Below, in pieces: positions 46,771 through 57,217 of a DNA stretch of 64,000 nucleotides (position 1 is its first letter; each line of letters opens with the position of its first letter). The translations under genes and the position numbers were made by a program. This stretch comes from Thermoanaerobaculia bacterium (GTDB taxonomy: Bacteria; Acidobacteriota; Thermoanaerobaculia; Multivoradales; Multivoraceae), in assembly GCA_963664405.1 (NCBI GenBank), contig OY761158.1, forward strand, positions 2,912,001 through 2,976,000, read 5' to 3'. Below the pieces are notes generated by a model, which searched no databases, was not told the DNA's origin, and saw only the letters and a program-made list of their open reading frames with translations.

Positions 46771-46935
46771 CTAGGCCGGACCGGCCTCCAGCTTCGCCAG
46801 ACGCTTCTCGATCTTCATGAGCAGCGACAAGATGAGCACGTGGGTGCGCTTGGCGTCGATTCCGACCGGACTCTCGTCGCTGTGGATCAACGCTTCGATC
46901 TGTTTGTACTCTTCGCTTGGCACATCTATTTCCAT
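46771..46935 (-). CDS. Small hypothetical protein (54 aa)
   Basis: GAGG SD; MEIDVP..SDESPVGIDAKRTHVLIL..IEKRLAKLE. Confidence 0.65.
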   Translation of the reverse strand: MEIDVPSEEYKQIEALIHSDESPVGIDAKRTHVLILSLLMKIEKRLAKLEAGPA

Positions 46936-46995
46936 AGCTGTAGATTCCTCGGTGGTTTGTTGTCGATCATAGCCTCGAGCTCGCAAAAAAGGTTC

Positions 46996-47994
46996 TCAGA
47001 TCACCCGCGCGAGAGAAAGGCCGAAGAGCCTCTCGTCGTCGGTGATCCAATTTACCAGATCCAAACCTGCGCTCTGGAGCAATGCCTCGGCCTTGTTTCT
47101 GTCGTATTTTGCGCTGATCTCGGTGCGGATCTCCTCCTCCGCCGCGAATGTGATCTCGAGGTCGAGGGCACCGAGTCGCACATGCTGGAGCGCGATCGAA
47201 ACCAGGCGCATCTCGATCCACTCCTCTTGGGGGTTCCAAAAGGCTCGGTGGCGGAAGGCATCGATGTCGAAATCGGCGCCGGCGACTCTGTTGACGACGC
47301 GAAGAATGTTGCGATTGAACTCGGCGGTCACACCCTGGGAATCGTTGTAGGCGGCCTCGAGACGATCGACCTCCTTGATCAGATCGGTTCCGAGAAGGAA
47401 GTAGTCGCCTTCGCCCATCTGCTCCCGCACGGCGCGGAGAAAGTCCGGCGCCTCGTCGAACGGGCGGAGATTCCCGATGGTGCCGCCGAGAAATATGAAC
47501 AGGCGGTTCGACCCAGGTGGGAGGCGCGCCAGAGAGTGCAGGAAGTCGCCGCCGATGCCGTGAACTGAGAGTCCGGGTATCTCGGCGCTGAGCTCCTCGG
47601 CCACGCGCTCGAGCATGGTCTCGTCCACGTCGAGGGGGATGTATTGGCTCAGGGTGTTCTGGCGGGCCATGGCTCGAAGCAGGGCTCGAGTCTTTGTCGC
47701 GGCCCCCGAACCGATCTCGACCAGGTCGCGGGCGCCGGCAAGGGCGACGATGTTCTCGGCATGCTGCTCGAGGAGGGCGTGCTCAGTGCGCGTCTGGTAG
47801 TACTCCGGAAGGTCACAGATGCGCTCGAAGAGCTCGGAGCCTCGAGAGTCATAGAAGTGTTTCGAGGACAGCTCACGCGGTTGGCGGAGTAGCCCCCTGC
47901 GCAGCTCGGCGAGCTCGTCTGCTGGATTGGAATGCCGTTGTCGCTCGATGATGACGCGGTCGGGGATCGAGGCGCTACTGTCCAGGCTATTCAT
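46996..47994 (-). CDS. egtD: L-histidine N-alpha-trimethyltransferase
   Basis: KHFYD..GSELFERI..PEYY, EIGSG, GGTIGN, AAYND, IEM, TEISAK; ATGA overlap with the upstream ABC gene. Confidence 0.92.
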   Translation of the reverse strand: MNSLDSSASIPDRVIIERQRHSNPADELAELRRGLLRQPRELSSKHFYDSRGSELFERICDLPEYYQTRTEHALLEQHAENIVALAGARDLVEIGSGAATKTRALLRAMARQNTLSQYIPLDVDETMLERVAEELSAEIPGLSVHGIGGDFLHSLARLPPGSNRLFIFLGGTIGNLRPFDEAPDFLRAVREQMGEGDYFLLGTDLIKEVDRLEAAYNDSQGVTAEFNRNILRVVNRVAGADFDIDAFRHRAFWNPQEEWIEMRLVSIALQHVRLGALDLEITFAAEEEIRTEISAKYDRNKAEALLQSAGLDLVNWITDDERLFGLSLARVI

Positions 47995-49550
47995 GCTTCC
48001 AGGCCTCTGGGCTTCAATACTCTCTCCAGGAGTCCCAGTGTGGCGTCGACGCCAAGAGCGAGGAGCGCGGCGGGAATGGCGCCGGAAAGAATTCTTCGCG
48101 TATCGAGTAACTGTACACCGGCGATGATCGGTTCTCCCAATCCACCTGCGCCGATGAAGGCTGCGAGTGTGGCCGTTCCCACGGTGATGACACCGGCGGT
48201 GCGGACACCCGCCATGATGGTGGGGACCGCAAGAGGTAGACGCACCCTCCGGAGCACCTGGGACTCGGTCATGCCGAGAGCGGTCGCAGCCTGCACCGCC
48301 TGGGAATCCGCGTCGCGGACGCCGGAGTAAGTATTGCGGAGAATCGGAAACAACGAGTACAGCCACAGCGCCACGATCGTGGGGAGCACTCCGACCCCAA
48401 GCAGGGGAATGAGAAAGCCGAGAAGGGCTAGTGAGGGGATGGTCTGAGAGATTCCCACGACTCGGATGACGCCTTCGGCCGCACGCCGGCGACTGACGAG
48501 CGCGAGGCCTAGCGGCACGGCAATGAGAACCCCGAGAGCGAGTGCGCCGATCGAGAGCGCCAAGTGCTCGAGTGTGAGCCGAAGAATTGCGCCGATCTCG
48601 ATGCCGCCGCCGAGCCCACCGGGTCCCGGCTCGACCGCGCCGGTCCCCTCCAGGAGACCCAGGGATCGGAGGAGGTCGTGCGCGACCACGATCTCCGACT
48701 CCTTTGCCTCTTGGAGCCGAAGATTGATCTGGCGCATGGTCTCTCCGTCGAGGGCGCCGGCAAGCAGCGCCAGAGTAGTGCCGATCTCCGGATGCTCGGC
48801 CAGGGTCTCACCGTTCACCAGTGGGACAGCCTCGTAGGGGGGGAAGAAGTCTCGATCGTCTTCGAGGACCACGAGGTCGTTGACCAGGAGGCGACCGTCC
48901 GTGGTGTAGACGTCGAGAACATCGATCTGGCCGGCTCCGGCGGCCTGGTACTTGAGCGCCTCCTGCATCCCCTGAACGCTCTTGAAGCGCAGGCCGTAGG
49001 TCTCTTCGAGCCCCGGCAGGCCGTCCGGCCGCTCGAGGAACTCGTAGCCGAAGCTCGCCCTGAGCTCCGGGGCGATGAGGCTCAGCTCCGAGATCGTGCG
49101 TATGCCGCGCTCTTCGGCCAGGCTCCTGGGAATCGCGATCTCGTAGGCGTTCTCGAATCCGAGGGGGCCCAGCCAGTGTTGGTTCCATCGCTCGAGGAAC
49201 TCGCTACGGACGGCTCTGAGAGCCTCTGGGGACGAGGTCAATGGCTCGCGGCGCAGAATTGTCACCAGCCCGGTGCCGGTGTATTCCGGATAGATGTCGA
49301 TGGCGCCGGTACGCAGGGCCTCGAAGCAGAACTCGGTACCCGCCAGACCCAAGCTGCGCTCGACCTCGAGATCGGTTCTGGCCTCGAGAAGCTGGGCGAA
49401 GGTCTCGCCGAGGAAACGGCTTTCGGCGAAGTTCTTCGAACCGACCACGATCGTCTCGGCGCTGAGAGGTACTGCCGCTGCGAAGAGGCAGATCGTGGTG
49501 GCCAGTGCGGCTGCTGTAGCGCGTAGCCTCCGCCGATCTACCTCAACCAT
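47991..49550 (-). CDS. Fused substrate-binding plus permease subunit of a betaine/osmoprotectant (Opu-type) ABC transporter
   Basis: VGSKNFAE, IDIYPEYTGTG, FFPPY; TMD QTIPSLAL, GAGGLG. Confidence 0.93.
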   Translation of the reverse strand: MVEVDRRRLRATAAALATTICLFAAAVPLSAETIVVGSKNFAESRFLGETFAQLLEARTDLEVERSLGLAGTEFCFEALRTGAIDIYPEYTGTGLVTILRREPLTSSPEALRAVRSEFLERWNQHWLGPLGFENAYEIAIPRSLAEERGIRTISELSLIAPELRASFGYEFLERPDGLPGLEETYGLRFKSVQGMQEALKYQAAGAGQIDVLDVYTTDGRLLVNDLVVLEDDRDFFPPYEAVPLVNGETLAEHPEIGTTLALLAGALDGETMRQINLRLQEAKESEIVVAHDLLRSLGLLEGTGAVEPGPGGLGGGIEIGAILRLTLEHLALSIGALALGVLIAVPLGLALVSRRRAAEGVIRVVGISQTIPSLALLGFLIPLLGVGVLPTIVALWLYSLFPILRNTYSGVRDADSQAVQAATALGMTESQVLRRVRLPLAVPTIMAGVRTAGVITVGTATLAAFIGAGGLGEPIIAGVQLLDTRRILSGAIPAALLALGVDATLGLLERVLKPRGLEA

Positions 49551-50367
49551 GAAACACCCCAGCTAGGGTAAGGAGTCGCTCGACGTAGGGGTCTCCCGGG
49601 TGCTCTCGAAGCTCCTCGCCGGTGGCGATACGAAGCAGCTCTCCGCCACGCATGACGGCGATGCGGTCGGCGAGACGGAAGGCCTCGGTGAGATCGTGGG
49701 TAACCAGCAAGAAAGTCTTTTCGAGCTCCCCTTTCAGGCGAAGAAACTCGTTCTGCAACTCCAGCCGGGTCAACGCGTCGAGTGCGCCGAAGGGCTCGTC
49801 GAGAAGAATCACCTCAGGATCGGCCGCCACGGCTCTTGCGAAGGCCACGCGCTGTCGTTGACCTCCGGAGAGCTCGCGAGGATAACGAGCGCCGTACTCG
49901 GCGATCGGAAGTCCTACCAGGCCGAGAAGCTCGGTGGCCCGCGATCGGCAACGCTCTGCGCTCCAGCCGAGTAGGTTGGGAACCAGCGTGACATTGCGCT
50001 GCACGGTCCAGTGCGGTAGGAGACCGCCTTCCTGCTGAACATAGCCGAGATGGCGGCGCAGCGGAATGGGGTCGCTCTCGTCGATGGGTTTGCCGTGAAG
50101 GAAGACTCGGCCCTCGGTGGGTGTTTCCAGGTGATTGAAGAGGCGCAGGAGTGTTGTCTTGCCGCAACCACTCTCGCCTACCAGCACCACGGTCTCGGAC
50201 TTGGCGACGGTGAGGGAGACCCGATCGAGTGCACGCACCTCACCGGCGAAGGTCTTGGACACCTCGCGAGCTTCGAGCGCCGGGACCGCGCTCGTTGTCG
50301 GGGAAGACACCGCAGAATCTCGGCGGAGGTTAGTCTCGGCGCCTCGGTCGGGGAGGTTGCGGGACAC
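49543..50367 (-). CDS. ABC transporter ATPase (OpuBA/ProV-like)
   Basis: GESGCGKT, LSGGQRQRV, LLDEPFGALD, VTHD; true start may be ~50310. Confidence 0.93.
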   Translation of the reverse strand: MSRNLPDRGAETNLRRDSAVSSPTTSAVPALEAREVSKTFAGEVRALDRVSLTVAKSETVVLVGESGCGKTTLLRLFNHLETPTEGRVFLHGKPIDESDPIPLRRHLGYVQQEGGLLPHWTVQRNVTLVPNLLGWSAERCRSRATELLGLVGLPIAEYGARYPRELSGGQRQRVAFARAVAADPEVILLDEPFGALDALTRLELQNEFLRLKGELEKTFLLVTHDLTEAFRLADRIAVMRGGELLRIATGEELREHPGDPYVERLLTLAGVFHG

Positions 50368-50827
50368 ATCCGGCTCTATAGACCAGGACCGTGCGCTTGA
50401 AATCCATGATCACCTCGCCGTTCTGGTTGTAGCCCTCGGTGCGGAAGCGGACGATTCCCTGTTGCGGTCGCGACTTCGATTCACGCTTCTCGAGGACGAA
50501 GCTCCTGGCGTAGACCGTATCTCCCTCGAACAGAGGCCTGGGGATTCGGATCTCGTCCCAGCCCAGGTTGACTGCGTTCTGGGAGATGTCGCTCACCGAA
50601 AGACCGGTGACCAGAGCGATGGTGAAGCAAGAGTTCACCAGCGGCTTGCCGAAGTCGGTAGAGGCAGCGTAGTGGTGATCGAAGTGGAGAGGGTTCGGGT
50701 TCATTGTGATGTTGGTGAACCAGATGTTGTCGGCGGTTGTCACCGTCCTCCCGAGCGGGTGCTCGTAGACGTCATCCACTTCGAAGTCTTCGAACACGCG
50801 TCCTGTCCAGCCGGCCTTTACGGTCAT
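50330..50827 (-). CDS. MaoC-family (R)-specific hydratase/dehydratase
   Basis: GRVFEDFEV, GRTVTTADN, NPNPLHFD, PLFEGDT; ATG 50827 with GAGGAGG SD. Confidence 0.9.
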   Translation of the reverse strand: MTVKAGWTGRVFEDFEVDDVYEHPLGRTVTTADNIWFTNITMNPNPLHFDHHYAASTDFGKPLVNSCFTIALVTGLSVSDISQNAVNLGWDEIRIPRPLFEGDTVYARSFVLEKRESKSRPQQGIVRFRTEGYNQNGEVIMDFKRTVLVYRAGCVPQPPRPRRRD

Positions 50828-50852
50828 CCGAGACCTCCTCGATCGGTGTAGG

Positions 50853-52040
50853 TCATGAGCTGCTCCTTCGCCCCGAGAGGCGGAAGGGTGCGAGGTCGAA
50901 AGCGGTCTCGCCGTCGACGACAAGGTCGGCAAGGATCTCGCCGAGCACACTAGCGAATTTGAAGCCGTGGCCGGAGCACGCACTGGCCACGAGCATCCGC
51001 GGGTGCTCGGGGTGCTCGTCAATGAGGAAGTGTCCGTCTGCGGTGTTTGTGTACATACAGACCACCGATCTCAGCGGTTGGCGGTCGGCAGTCGGGATGC
51101 GCTTGGCGAGAACGCGGCGAAGCGCATCGACGTCTTCCTTGGCGACCTCCCGGTTCAACGAAGACGCGGTGGTAGAGCACCCCCCGTGGTGCAAGGCGAC
51201 CTTGAGACCACCTCCGAAATCGGGCAGACCGTACAACACCACTCCATCGCTCTCTGCAAAGAGGAAGACCGGAAGCACACCAGCTTGAAAGGCCTGTCTC
51301 TCGGCCGGCTCGACCCAGTGCATGACCTGACGTTCCACCTCTAGAGTAGCGCTTTGATGAGGATCGGCGCCGGACAGTTTCGAGCCCGCATTCTCCCGGG
51401 CCAGGACCGGCACTAACTCGGGGATCCATGCCCCGGAGGCGAGGATCAGCCGTCCGGCTGACACCCAGCCATGGTCGGTGCGGATTTCGATTGCCGACTG
51501 GGTGCTTCTCCATTCCAGCAGCGGCTCAGCGAAACGAAGCTCCGCCCCACCCTCGGCAGCGTCGTTTAGGAAGGCTCGGATGCAGGCTTCGGGAAAGAGG
51601 ACTCCGGCTCGCGGCTCGAGCAGCCCCACAGTGGCGGAATCGGGATGGAGCACGGGGTAGCGTCGGCGGATCTCGGTGGCGGTTAGCTCGGTGGAAGCGA
51701 GTCCGTGCTGGCGCGCACTGGCCCGCGCGCCTTCGATCATCACGCCGTCGTCGGCACCGACGAGAAGAGCGCCGGTGGTTTCGAGTAGTGGGCGCCCGCG
51801 CCGCTTTTCGAGCTCCCGCCATCGCTCGTAGGCCCGCTGTACAAGCGGCACGTACAGTGGGTGCTCGAAATACGCCTCGCGGATGACCCTGGTGTCGCCG
51901 TGGGAAGAGCCTTGGTCGTGCGGGGGGCGGAATCGGTCGAGACCCAAAACGGTCTTACCTCGGCGGGCAAGTTCCGCCACTGCCGCCGAGCCGGTCGCCC
52001 CGAGCCCCGCTACGACCACATCGAAGGTTTCCTGTGCCAT
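50853..52040 (-). CDS. solA: Monomeric sarcosine oxidase / N-methyl-L-tryptophan oxidase family
   Basis: GLGATG, GSSHGDTRVIR, CMYT (FAD-linked Cys), SGHGFKFA. Confidence 0.9.
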   Translation of the reverse strand: MAQETFDVVVAGLGATGSAAVAELARRGKTVLGLDRFRPPHDQGSSHGDTRVIREAYFEHPLYVPLVQRAYERWRELEKRRGRPLLETTGALLVGADDGVMIEGARASARQHGLASTELTATEIRRRYPVLHPDSATVGLLEPRAGVLFPEACIRAFLNDAAEGGAELRFAEPLLEWRSTQSAIEIRTDHGWVSAGRLILASGAWIPELVPVLARENAGSKLSGADPHQSATLEVERQVMHWVEPAERQAFQAGVLPVFLFAESDGVVLYGLPDFGGGLKVALHHGGCSTTASSLNREVAKEDVDALRRVLAKRIPTADRQPLRSVVCMYTNTADGHFLIDEHPEHPRMLVASACSGHGFKFASVLGEILADLVVDGETAFDLAPFRLSGRRSSS

Positions 52041-52260
52041 CTGAGTTTCCGTTTTCGACTCACGTCAGCCTAGCGCACTTTCGCCGGGGGCCAGGGAGTG
52101 GGCCAGCTACCTATGGCAAGCTGGCTGAAGCTCCCGAGGACTCACCAGGCATCCTCAGCGCTGCGCTTTCGCTCGGCAACGAGGGGTGAGCTGATTGTGG
52201 GTCTGGAGAAGCAGGGCACCACCGGGCGGCGCACGGAAGGCTCCTCTATAATCGCCAGAC

Positions 52261-53565
52261 GTGGTCGAACCAGAAACAGCCGAGCAGGTCAATGAGCTCT
52301 CTTCGCCTACCAGCGTATTCGAACGCTCCCAGCACTCGATCTCGCGCCGCGATATTCATCCCAACGCGCTGAAGGTTCTCTATCGCCTCGAGCGGTCTGG
52401 CCATATGGCCTTTATGGTGGGTGGCAGTGTTCGCGATCTGATGCTGGGTCGCCGGCCGAAGGACTTCGACGTCGCCACGGATGCCCGGCCGGAGGAAGTT
52501 CGTCGCCTCTTTCGCAACTCGCGCATTATCGGTCGCCGATTCCGACTGGTGCACGTGTACTTTCATGGCTTGATCGTCGAGGTGTCGACATTTCGTGGTG
52601 TACCTGATCCACAGGCGCAGGCTCCTGGTGAAGAGCTTCTCGTAACCGACGACAATGTCTACGGAACTCCGCGGCAAGATGCCTTTCGCCGCGACTTCAC
52701 CGTCAACGGGCTCTTTTACAGCATCGGCGACTTCAGCGTCCTCGACTATGTAGGTGGGGTGGAGGACCTCGAAGACCAGATCATCCGTGTCATCGGCGAT
52801 CCCGACCTGAGGTTTCGCGAGGATCCGGTGCGCATGATGCGTGCCTGCGAGATGGCAGGCCGGCTGGGCTTCGGCATCGAGGAGGAGGCGCAGCGATCGA
52901 TTCAGCGGCATAGTGGCGAGATTGCCAAGGCCGCGCCGGCCCGGCTCATCGAAGAGCTGCTGGAGCTACTCCACTGCGGTCATGCCGGTGGCGCTTTACA
53001 GTGGATGCTCGACCTCGGTCTGGCGGATGTGCTGCTGCCGGAGCTGAGGAGTGCAGTCGAGGCCGAACAAGAGGATCTGGGATGTTTCGGTGCCGTGATC
53101 CCGGTGATCGATCGGATCGTCCTCAGCGGAAGGGAGCTGAGCGGCTCCTTGCTGCTCGCCGGTCTGCTCGTCCCCGGCGTGCTCCTGGCGCGGCATCGCC
53201 GTGAGAAGAAGCTGGGGCGACCGCTAAGCCGACTCGCTGTACGACGCCTGACCGAGAGCGCGGTGGCGAGCCTCGGTGGTCGCTTCAGTCTTTCGAACGT
53301 GCGGGCTCAGCGAACCACCGATACCCTGACGCTCCTCCAGCGCCTCTGCGAGCCTCCCCCCCTCGATTGGACTGTCCAAGAAGTAATCACGCACCGCCTC
53401 TACGAAGACGCAGTCCTGCTCTTCCAGATCCTCGTCGAAGCTACCGGCGAAGGCGAAGAAAGCCTCGAAGCTTGGCGCGCCGCCGCCCTCGACCCCGATA
53501 GACCTCCACCCCGTCGCCGCCCCAAACGCCGCCGCCGCGGCCGGGCGCGGCATCGCAAGCGCTAG
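52261..53565 (+). CDS. pcnB: Poly(A) polymerase I
   Basis: VGGSVRD, DFD, PAP-specific IIGRRFRLVHV, RRDFTVN, EDPVRMMR, Arg-rich C-terminal tail. Confidence 0.9.
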   Translation: MVEPETAEQVNELSSPTSVFERSQHSISRRDIHPNALKVLYRLERSGHMAFMVGGSVRDLMLGRRPKDFDVATDARPEEVRRLFRNSRIIGRRFRLVHVYFHGLIVEVSTFRGVPDPQAQAPGEELLVTDDNVYGTPRQDAFRRDFTVNGLFYSIGDFSVLDYVGGVEDLEDQIIRVIGDPDLRFREDPVRMMRACEMAGRLGFGIEEEAQRSIQRHSGEIAKAAPARLIEELLELLHCGHAGGALQWMLDLGLADVLLPELRSAVEAEQEDLGCFGAVIPVIDRIVLSGRELSGSLLLAGLLVPGVLLARHRREKKLGRPLSRLAVRRLTESAVASLGGRFSLSNVRAQRTTDTLTLLQRLCEPPPLDWTVQEVITHRLYEDAVLLFQILVEATGEGEESLEAWRAAALDPDRPPPRRRPKRRRRGRARHRKR

Positions 53566-53603
53566 TCTGTGTGTCTCTTCGGCGGTCGTTGTCGCGGGGC
53601 CGA

Positions 53604-53756
53604 CCGCTTCAGAGGCGCCCGCATCAGGGGGTCTCGGGTACCAAGCTGCTCCGCGGGTTGCAGAGGACGCTGGTAGCGAAGCCGACTCTCATAAGTTTAA
53701 CTATGCTGCGCAGCTCGGTACCCAAGACCCCCCGGAGCCGGGTGCCTCTGAAGCGG
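53604..53756. repeat. ~46-bp imperfect inverted repeat with 60-bp spacer (REPIN/MITE-like)
   Basis: CCGCTTCAGAGGCGCCCGCATCAGGGGGTCTCGGGTACCAAGCTGC (53604-53649) vs rc of 53710-53756 CCGCTTCAGAGGCACCCGGCTCCGGGGGGTCTTGGGTACCGAGCTGC. Confidence 0.85.
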
Positions 53757-53909
53757 CCTGCGGGCTTGCCCCAACGAGCGGCTTCCGAGATCCTAGGCGG
53801 GTCGCCCGCCTTCCCTGCCCGACGAACGGTGAGGCGCCCCAGCCGAGAAGAAGCACACTCCGTCGGAAGCGTTGAGGGGCGGGTAAGACTGAGCTAGGAT
53901 GCAAGCTGC

Positions 53910-55652
53910 ATGGAAACCCTACAGCACGACGTGCTCATAGTCGGTGGCGGTGGTGCGGGCCTGAGGGCCTCCATCGCGGTCGCGGAGGCAGCGCCCGATC
54001 TGAGTGTCGGAGTCGTCTCCAAGGTTTATCCGATGCGGAGTCATACGGTCTCCGCCGAAGGGGGATCGGCGGCGGTCATCAAGCCAGAAGACAGCCAGGA
54101 GGCTCATTGCTACGACACCATCAGCGGTGGCGACTGGCTGTGCGATCAGGACGCAGTCGAGGCCTTCGTCCGAGAAGCCCCCGAAGAGTTGCTCCAGCTG
54201 GAACACTGGGGCTGCCCGTGGAGCCGCCAGCCGGACGGACACATTGCGGTTAGGCCCTTCGGCGGCATGAAGATCGAGCGAACTTGGTACGCCGCCGACA
54301 AGACCGGCTTCCACATGCTGCACTCGCTGTATCAGACCTGCCTCAAGTACCCGTCCGTGACCAGATACGACGAGTGGTTCGCGACCAGCCTGCTCGTCGA
54401 CGAGGGGCGCTGCCAGGGTGTGGTAGCGATTCAGTTGGCGACGGGCAAGATCTACGCGATCCTCGCCAAGGTGGTGATCCTCACCACCGGAGGGTGTGGC
54501 AAGGTCTTTCGCTTTACGACCAACGCCAACATCAAGACGGGCGACGGTATGGCGCTTGCCTATCGCGCTGGGGCACCCCTGAAGGACATGGAGTTCGTTC
54601 AGTACCACCCCACCGGCTTACCCTTCACTGGGATCCTCATCACCGAGGCGACGCGAGCCGAGGGCGGTTGGCTGGTCAACAAAGACGGCTACCGCTACCT
54701 TCAGGACTACGACTTGGGCACCCCGGAGCCACTGCCGGTCAAGCGCTCCATGGAGCTCGGGCCGCGCGACCGCCTGTCGCAGGCCTTTGTGCAGGAGTTG
54801 CACAAAGGGCGCACCATCGACACACCACACGGCCCGGTGGTCCACTTGGACATTCGCCATGTGGGTGAGAAGAAGATCGACAGAGAGCTGCCCTTTGTTC
54901 GTGAGTTGTGCCTCAAGTACGAGAATCTGGATCCGGTGAGCGAGTTGATTCCGGTCAGGCCGGTGATTCACTACATGATGGGCGGAGTCGACACCGACAT
55001 CCACGGCGCCACCTCCCTTCCGGGGCTGTACGCCGCTGGAGAAGTCGCCTGCGTCAGCATCAATGGAGCCAACCGCCTGGGCTCGAACTCGCTGACCGAG
55101 TTACTGGTCTTCGGTGCTCGGGCCGGAAAGGTCGCGGCGACTTTCGCCTCAACGCAGTCGGAGCCCACCCGAGGCGTCCTGGCTCAGGCGCAGGACGAAG
55201 AGCGGCGCTTGAGAAGCGGGTTCCTGGAGAAGACGAGCGGAAACGAGCGAGTCGCCACCCTGAGAGACGAGATGCAAGAGGCGGTAGAGAGCGGCGCCGG
55301 CATCTACCGCGAGGCGGGGGGGCTTCGCGCCGCGGCGGAAAAGATCCAAGAGCTCAGAGAGCGATTCGAAAACGTCTGCCTCGACGATCACAGCCTGAGC
55401 TTCAACACCGAGCTCGTTGCGTGTCTCGAGCTGTCCAACATGCTCGAGCTGGCTCCGGCGATCATGCAGTCGGCGCTGAGCCGAACGGAGTCGCGAGGCG
55501 CTCATCAGCGCACCGACTACCCGGCGAGAGACGACGATAAATTCCTGGCTCACTCGCTTGCGCACTGGACCGACGATGGTCCGCCCAGAATCGACTACCA
55601 GCCCGTGACCATCACTCGTTGGCCACCGGGCGAGCGCACCTACGGAAGGTGA
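53910..55652 (+). CDS. frdA: Fumarate reductase flavoprotein
   Basis: [10 protein letters not shown] (Glu, Frd-type), [34 protein letters not shown]. Confidence 0.95.
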   Translation: METLQHDVLIVGGGGAGLRASIAVAEAAPDLSVGVVSKVYPMRSHTVSAEGGSAAVIKPEDSQEAHCYDTISGGDWLCDQDAVEAFVREAPEELLQLEHWGCPWSRQPDGHIAVRPFGGMKIERTWYAADKTGFHMLHSLYQTCLKYPSVTRYDEWFATSLLVDEGRCQGVVAIQLATGKIYAILAKVVILTTGGCGKVFRFTTNANIKTGDGMALAYRAGAPLKDMEFVQYHPTGLPFTGILITEATRAEGGWLVNKDGYRYLQDYDLGTPEPLPVKRSMELGPRDRLSQAFVQELHKGRTIDTPHGPVVHLDIRHVGEKKIDRELPFVRELCLKYENLDPVSELIPVRPVIHYMMGGVDTDIHGATSLPGLYAAGEVACVSINGANRLGSNSLTELLVFGARAGKVAATFASTQSEPTRGVLAQAQDEERRLRSGFLEKTSGNERVATLRDEMQEAVESGAGIYREAGGLRAAAEKIQELRERFENVCLDDHSLSFNTELVACLELSNMLELAPAIMQSALSRTESRGAHQRTDYPARDDDKFLAHSLAHWTDDGPPRIDYQPVTITRWPPGERTYGR

Positions 55653-55655
55653 GGA

Positions 55656-56399
55656 ATGAGCGAATCGATCACTTTGCAGATTCTGCGTTATCGGCCTGAA
55701 GACGAAGAAGAGCCGGTTTGGCAGAGTTTCGAGATTCCGCGCCGCGATGAGTGGATGGTCCTCGATGGCCTGAACTACATCAAAGACCAACTGGACGGCA
55801 GTCTGTCCTACCGTTGGTCCTGCCGTATGGGCGTCTGCGGAAGTTGCGGCATGGTGGTCAACGGCGAGCCGGTACTCACCTGCACTACCTACCTCGGCGA
55901 CTTGCCGCCGGGGCCGGTGCGGATCGAGCCACTGAACGGCTTCCCGGTGATTCGAGATCTGGTGGGGGACATCGAGGATTTCATCAGCAAGCTCCAGAGC
56001 GTGAAGCCCTGGATCATCCGCGACGAAGACAAACCCCTGTCCGAGGGCGAATACCTGCAGACCCCCGAGGAGTTGGCCGATTACATGCAGTACAGCATGT
56101 GCATCAACTGCATGCTGTGCTACTCCGCCTGCCCCATTTATGCCCTCGAGCCAGACTTTATCGGCCCAGCCGCGATTGCCCTGGCCCAGCGTTACAACCT
56201 CGATTCCCGCGACCAGGGCGCAGAGGAGCGAATGGACATCCTGTCGCAGCACGCGGGCATGTGGGCCTGCACCTTCGTCGGCGAGTGTTCGGAGGTCTGC
56301 CCGAAGAATGTGGATCCGGCCGGGGCCATCCAGCGCTATAAAGTCACGACCACGGCCGAGTGGTTCAAGTCGTTGCTCATGCCCTGGGGCAAACGGTGA
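55656..56399 (+). CDS. frdB: Fumarate reductase Fe-S subunit
   Basis: [40 protein letters not shown]. Confidence 0.95.
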   Translation: MSESITLQILRYRPEDEEEPVWQSFEIPRRDEWMVLDGLNYIKDQLDGSLSYRWSCRMGVCGSCGMVVNGEPVLTCTTYLGDLPPGPVRIEPLNGFPVIRDLVGDIEDFISKLQSVKPWIIRDEDKPLSEGEYLQTPEELADYMQYSMCINCMLCYSACPIYALEPDFIGPAAIALAQRYNLDSRDQGAEERMDILSQHAGMWACTFVGECSEVCPKNVDPAGAIQRYKVTTTAEWFKSLLMPWGKR

Positions 56400-56857
56400 G
56401 TAGCTCACCAGATCTGCAGTCATCCTCGTCGGCGGCCCACGAGGCTGCCAACCCGAGCTACCGGCCCTACCATCCCAGGTGGTACCGCAAGCCGTATCCG
56501 ATCCTGTGGTGGTTGGAAAAGCTCGCCTACAAGAAGTTCATGCTGCGCGAGCTGACCAGCCTTGCCGTGGCCTACGCCGCCGTGCTGTTGATGGTGCAGA
56601 TCTCCGCTCTGTCCAGAGGGGCAGCGGCCTACGAGCGTTTCGAAACGGTACTCCGCTCGCCGCTTGCTCTTTTGTTTCACACGATCGTGTTGCTGTTACT
56701 CCTCTTCCACTCCATCACCTGGCTCAACCTGGCCCCCAAGGCGCTGGTGGTCCGACTCGGCCGCCGTCGCATCCCCAACCGTGCTGTGCTGGCAGGGCAC
56801 TACTTCGGGTGGCTCGCCGCAACGGTTCTGTTGTTCTTCTTCTTGGTGGGGAGCTGA
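56396..56857 (+). CDS. frdC: Fumarate reductase anchor subunit C
   Basis: [22 protein letters not shown]; GTGA overlap with frdB. Confidence 0.9.
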   Translation: MSSSPDLQSSSSAAHEAANPSYRPYHPRWYRKPYPILWWLEKLAYKKFMLRELTSLAVAYAAVLLMVQISALSRGAAAYERFETVLRSPLALLFHTIVLLLLLFHSITWLNLAPKALVVRLGRRRIPNRAVLAGHYFGWLAATVLLFFFLVGS

Positions 56858-57210
56858 TGGCCAAACGCTCTAACGAGCCTTTCTTTTGGGCGATGTTCAG
56901 TAGTGGCGGCATGCTGGCCGCTTTCCTGGCACCGGCACTCGTGCTGTTGCTGTGGTTCGCATCGCCACTGGGTTGGGTCGATGCCCCCTCGCAGGAGGAA
57001 ATGTCGACCAAGCTCGGTCACCCTCTGGTGAAGCTGGGCTTGTTCGCGTTCATCATGCTGTCTTTGTTTCACGCCGCCCACCGACTCCGTTTCACCCTCT
57101 ATGACGGGTTGCAACTGAGCCATCTCTCCGCGCTCATCGCTACCATCGCCTATGGGTGCGCGACGGTGCTGACCCTCTGCGCGGCCTACCTCCTCTTGAC
57201 CTTCTCCTGA
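56857..57210 (+). CDS. frdD: Fumarate reductase anchor subunit D
   Basis: KRSNEPFFWAMFSSGGM, FHAAHR. Confidence 0.9.
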   Translation: MAKRSNEPFFWAMFSSGGMLAAFLAPALVLLLWFASPLGWVDAPSQEEMSTKLGHPLVKLGLFAFIMLSLFHAAHRLRFTLYDGLQLSHLSALIATIAYGCATVLTLCAAYLLLTFS

Positions 57211-57217
57211 GCCGCAG

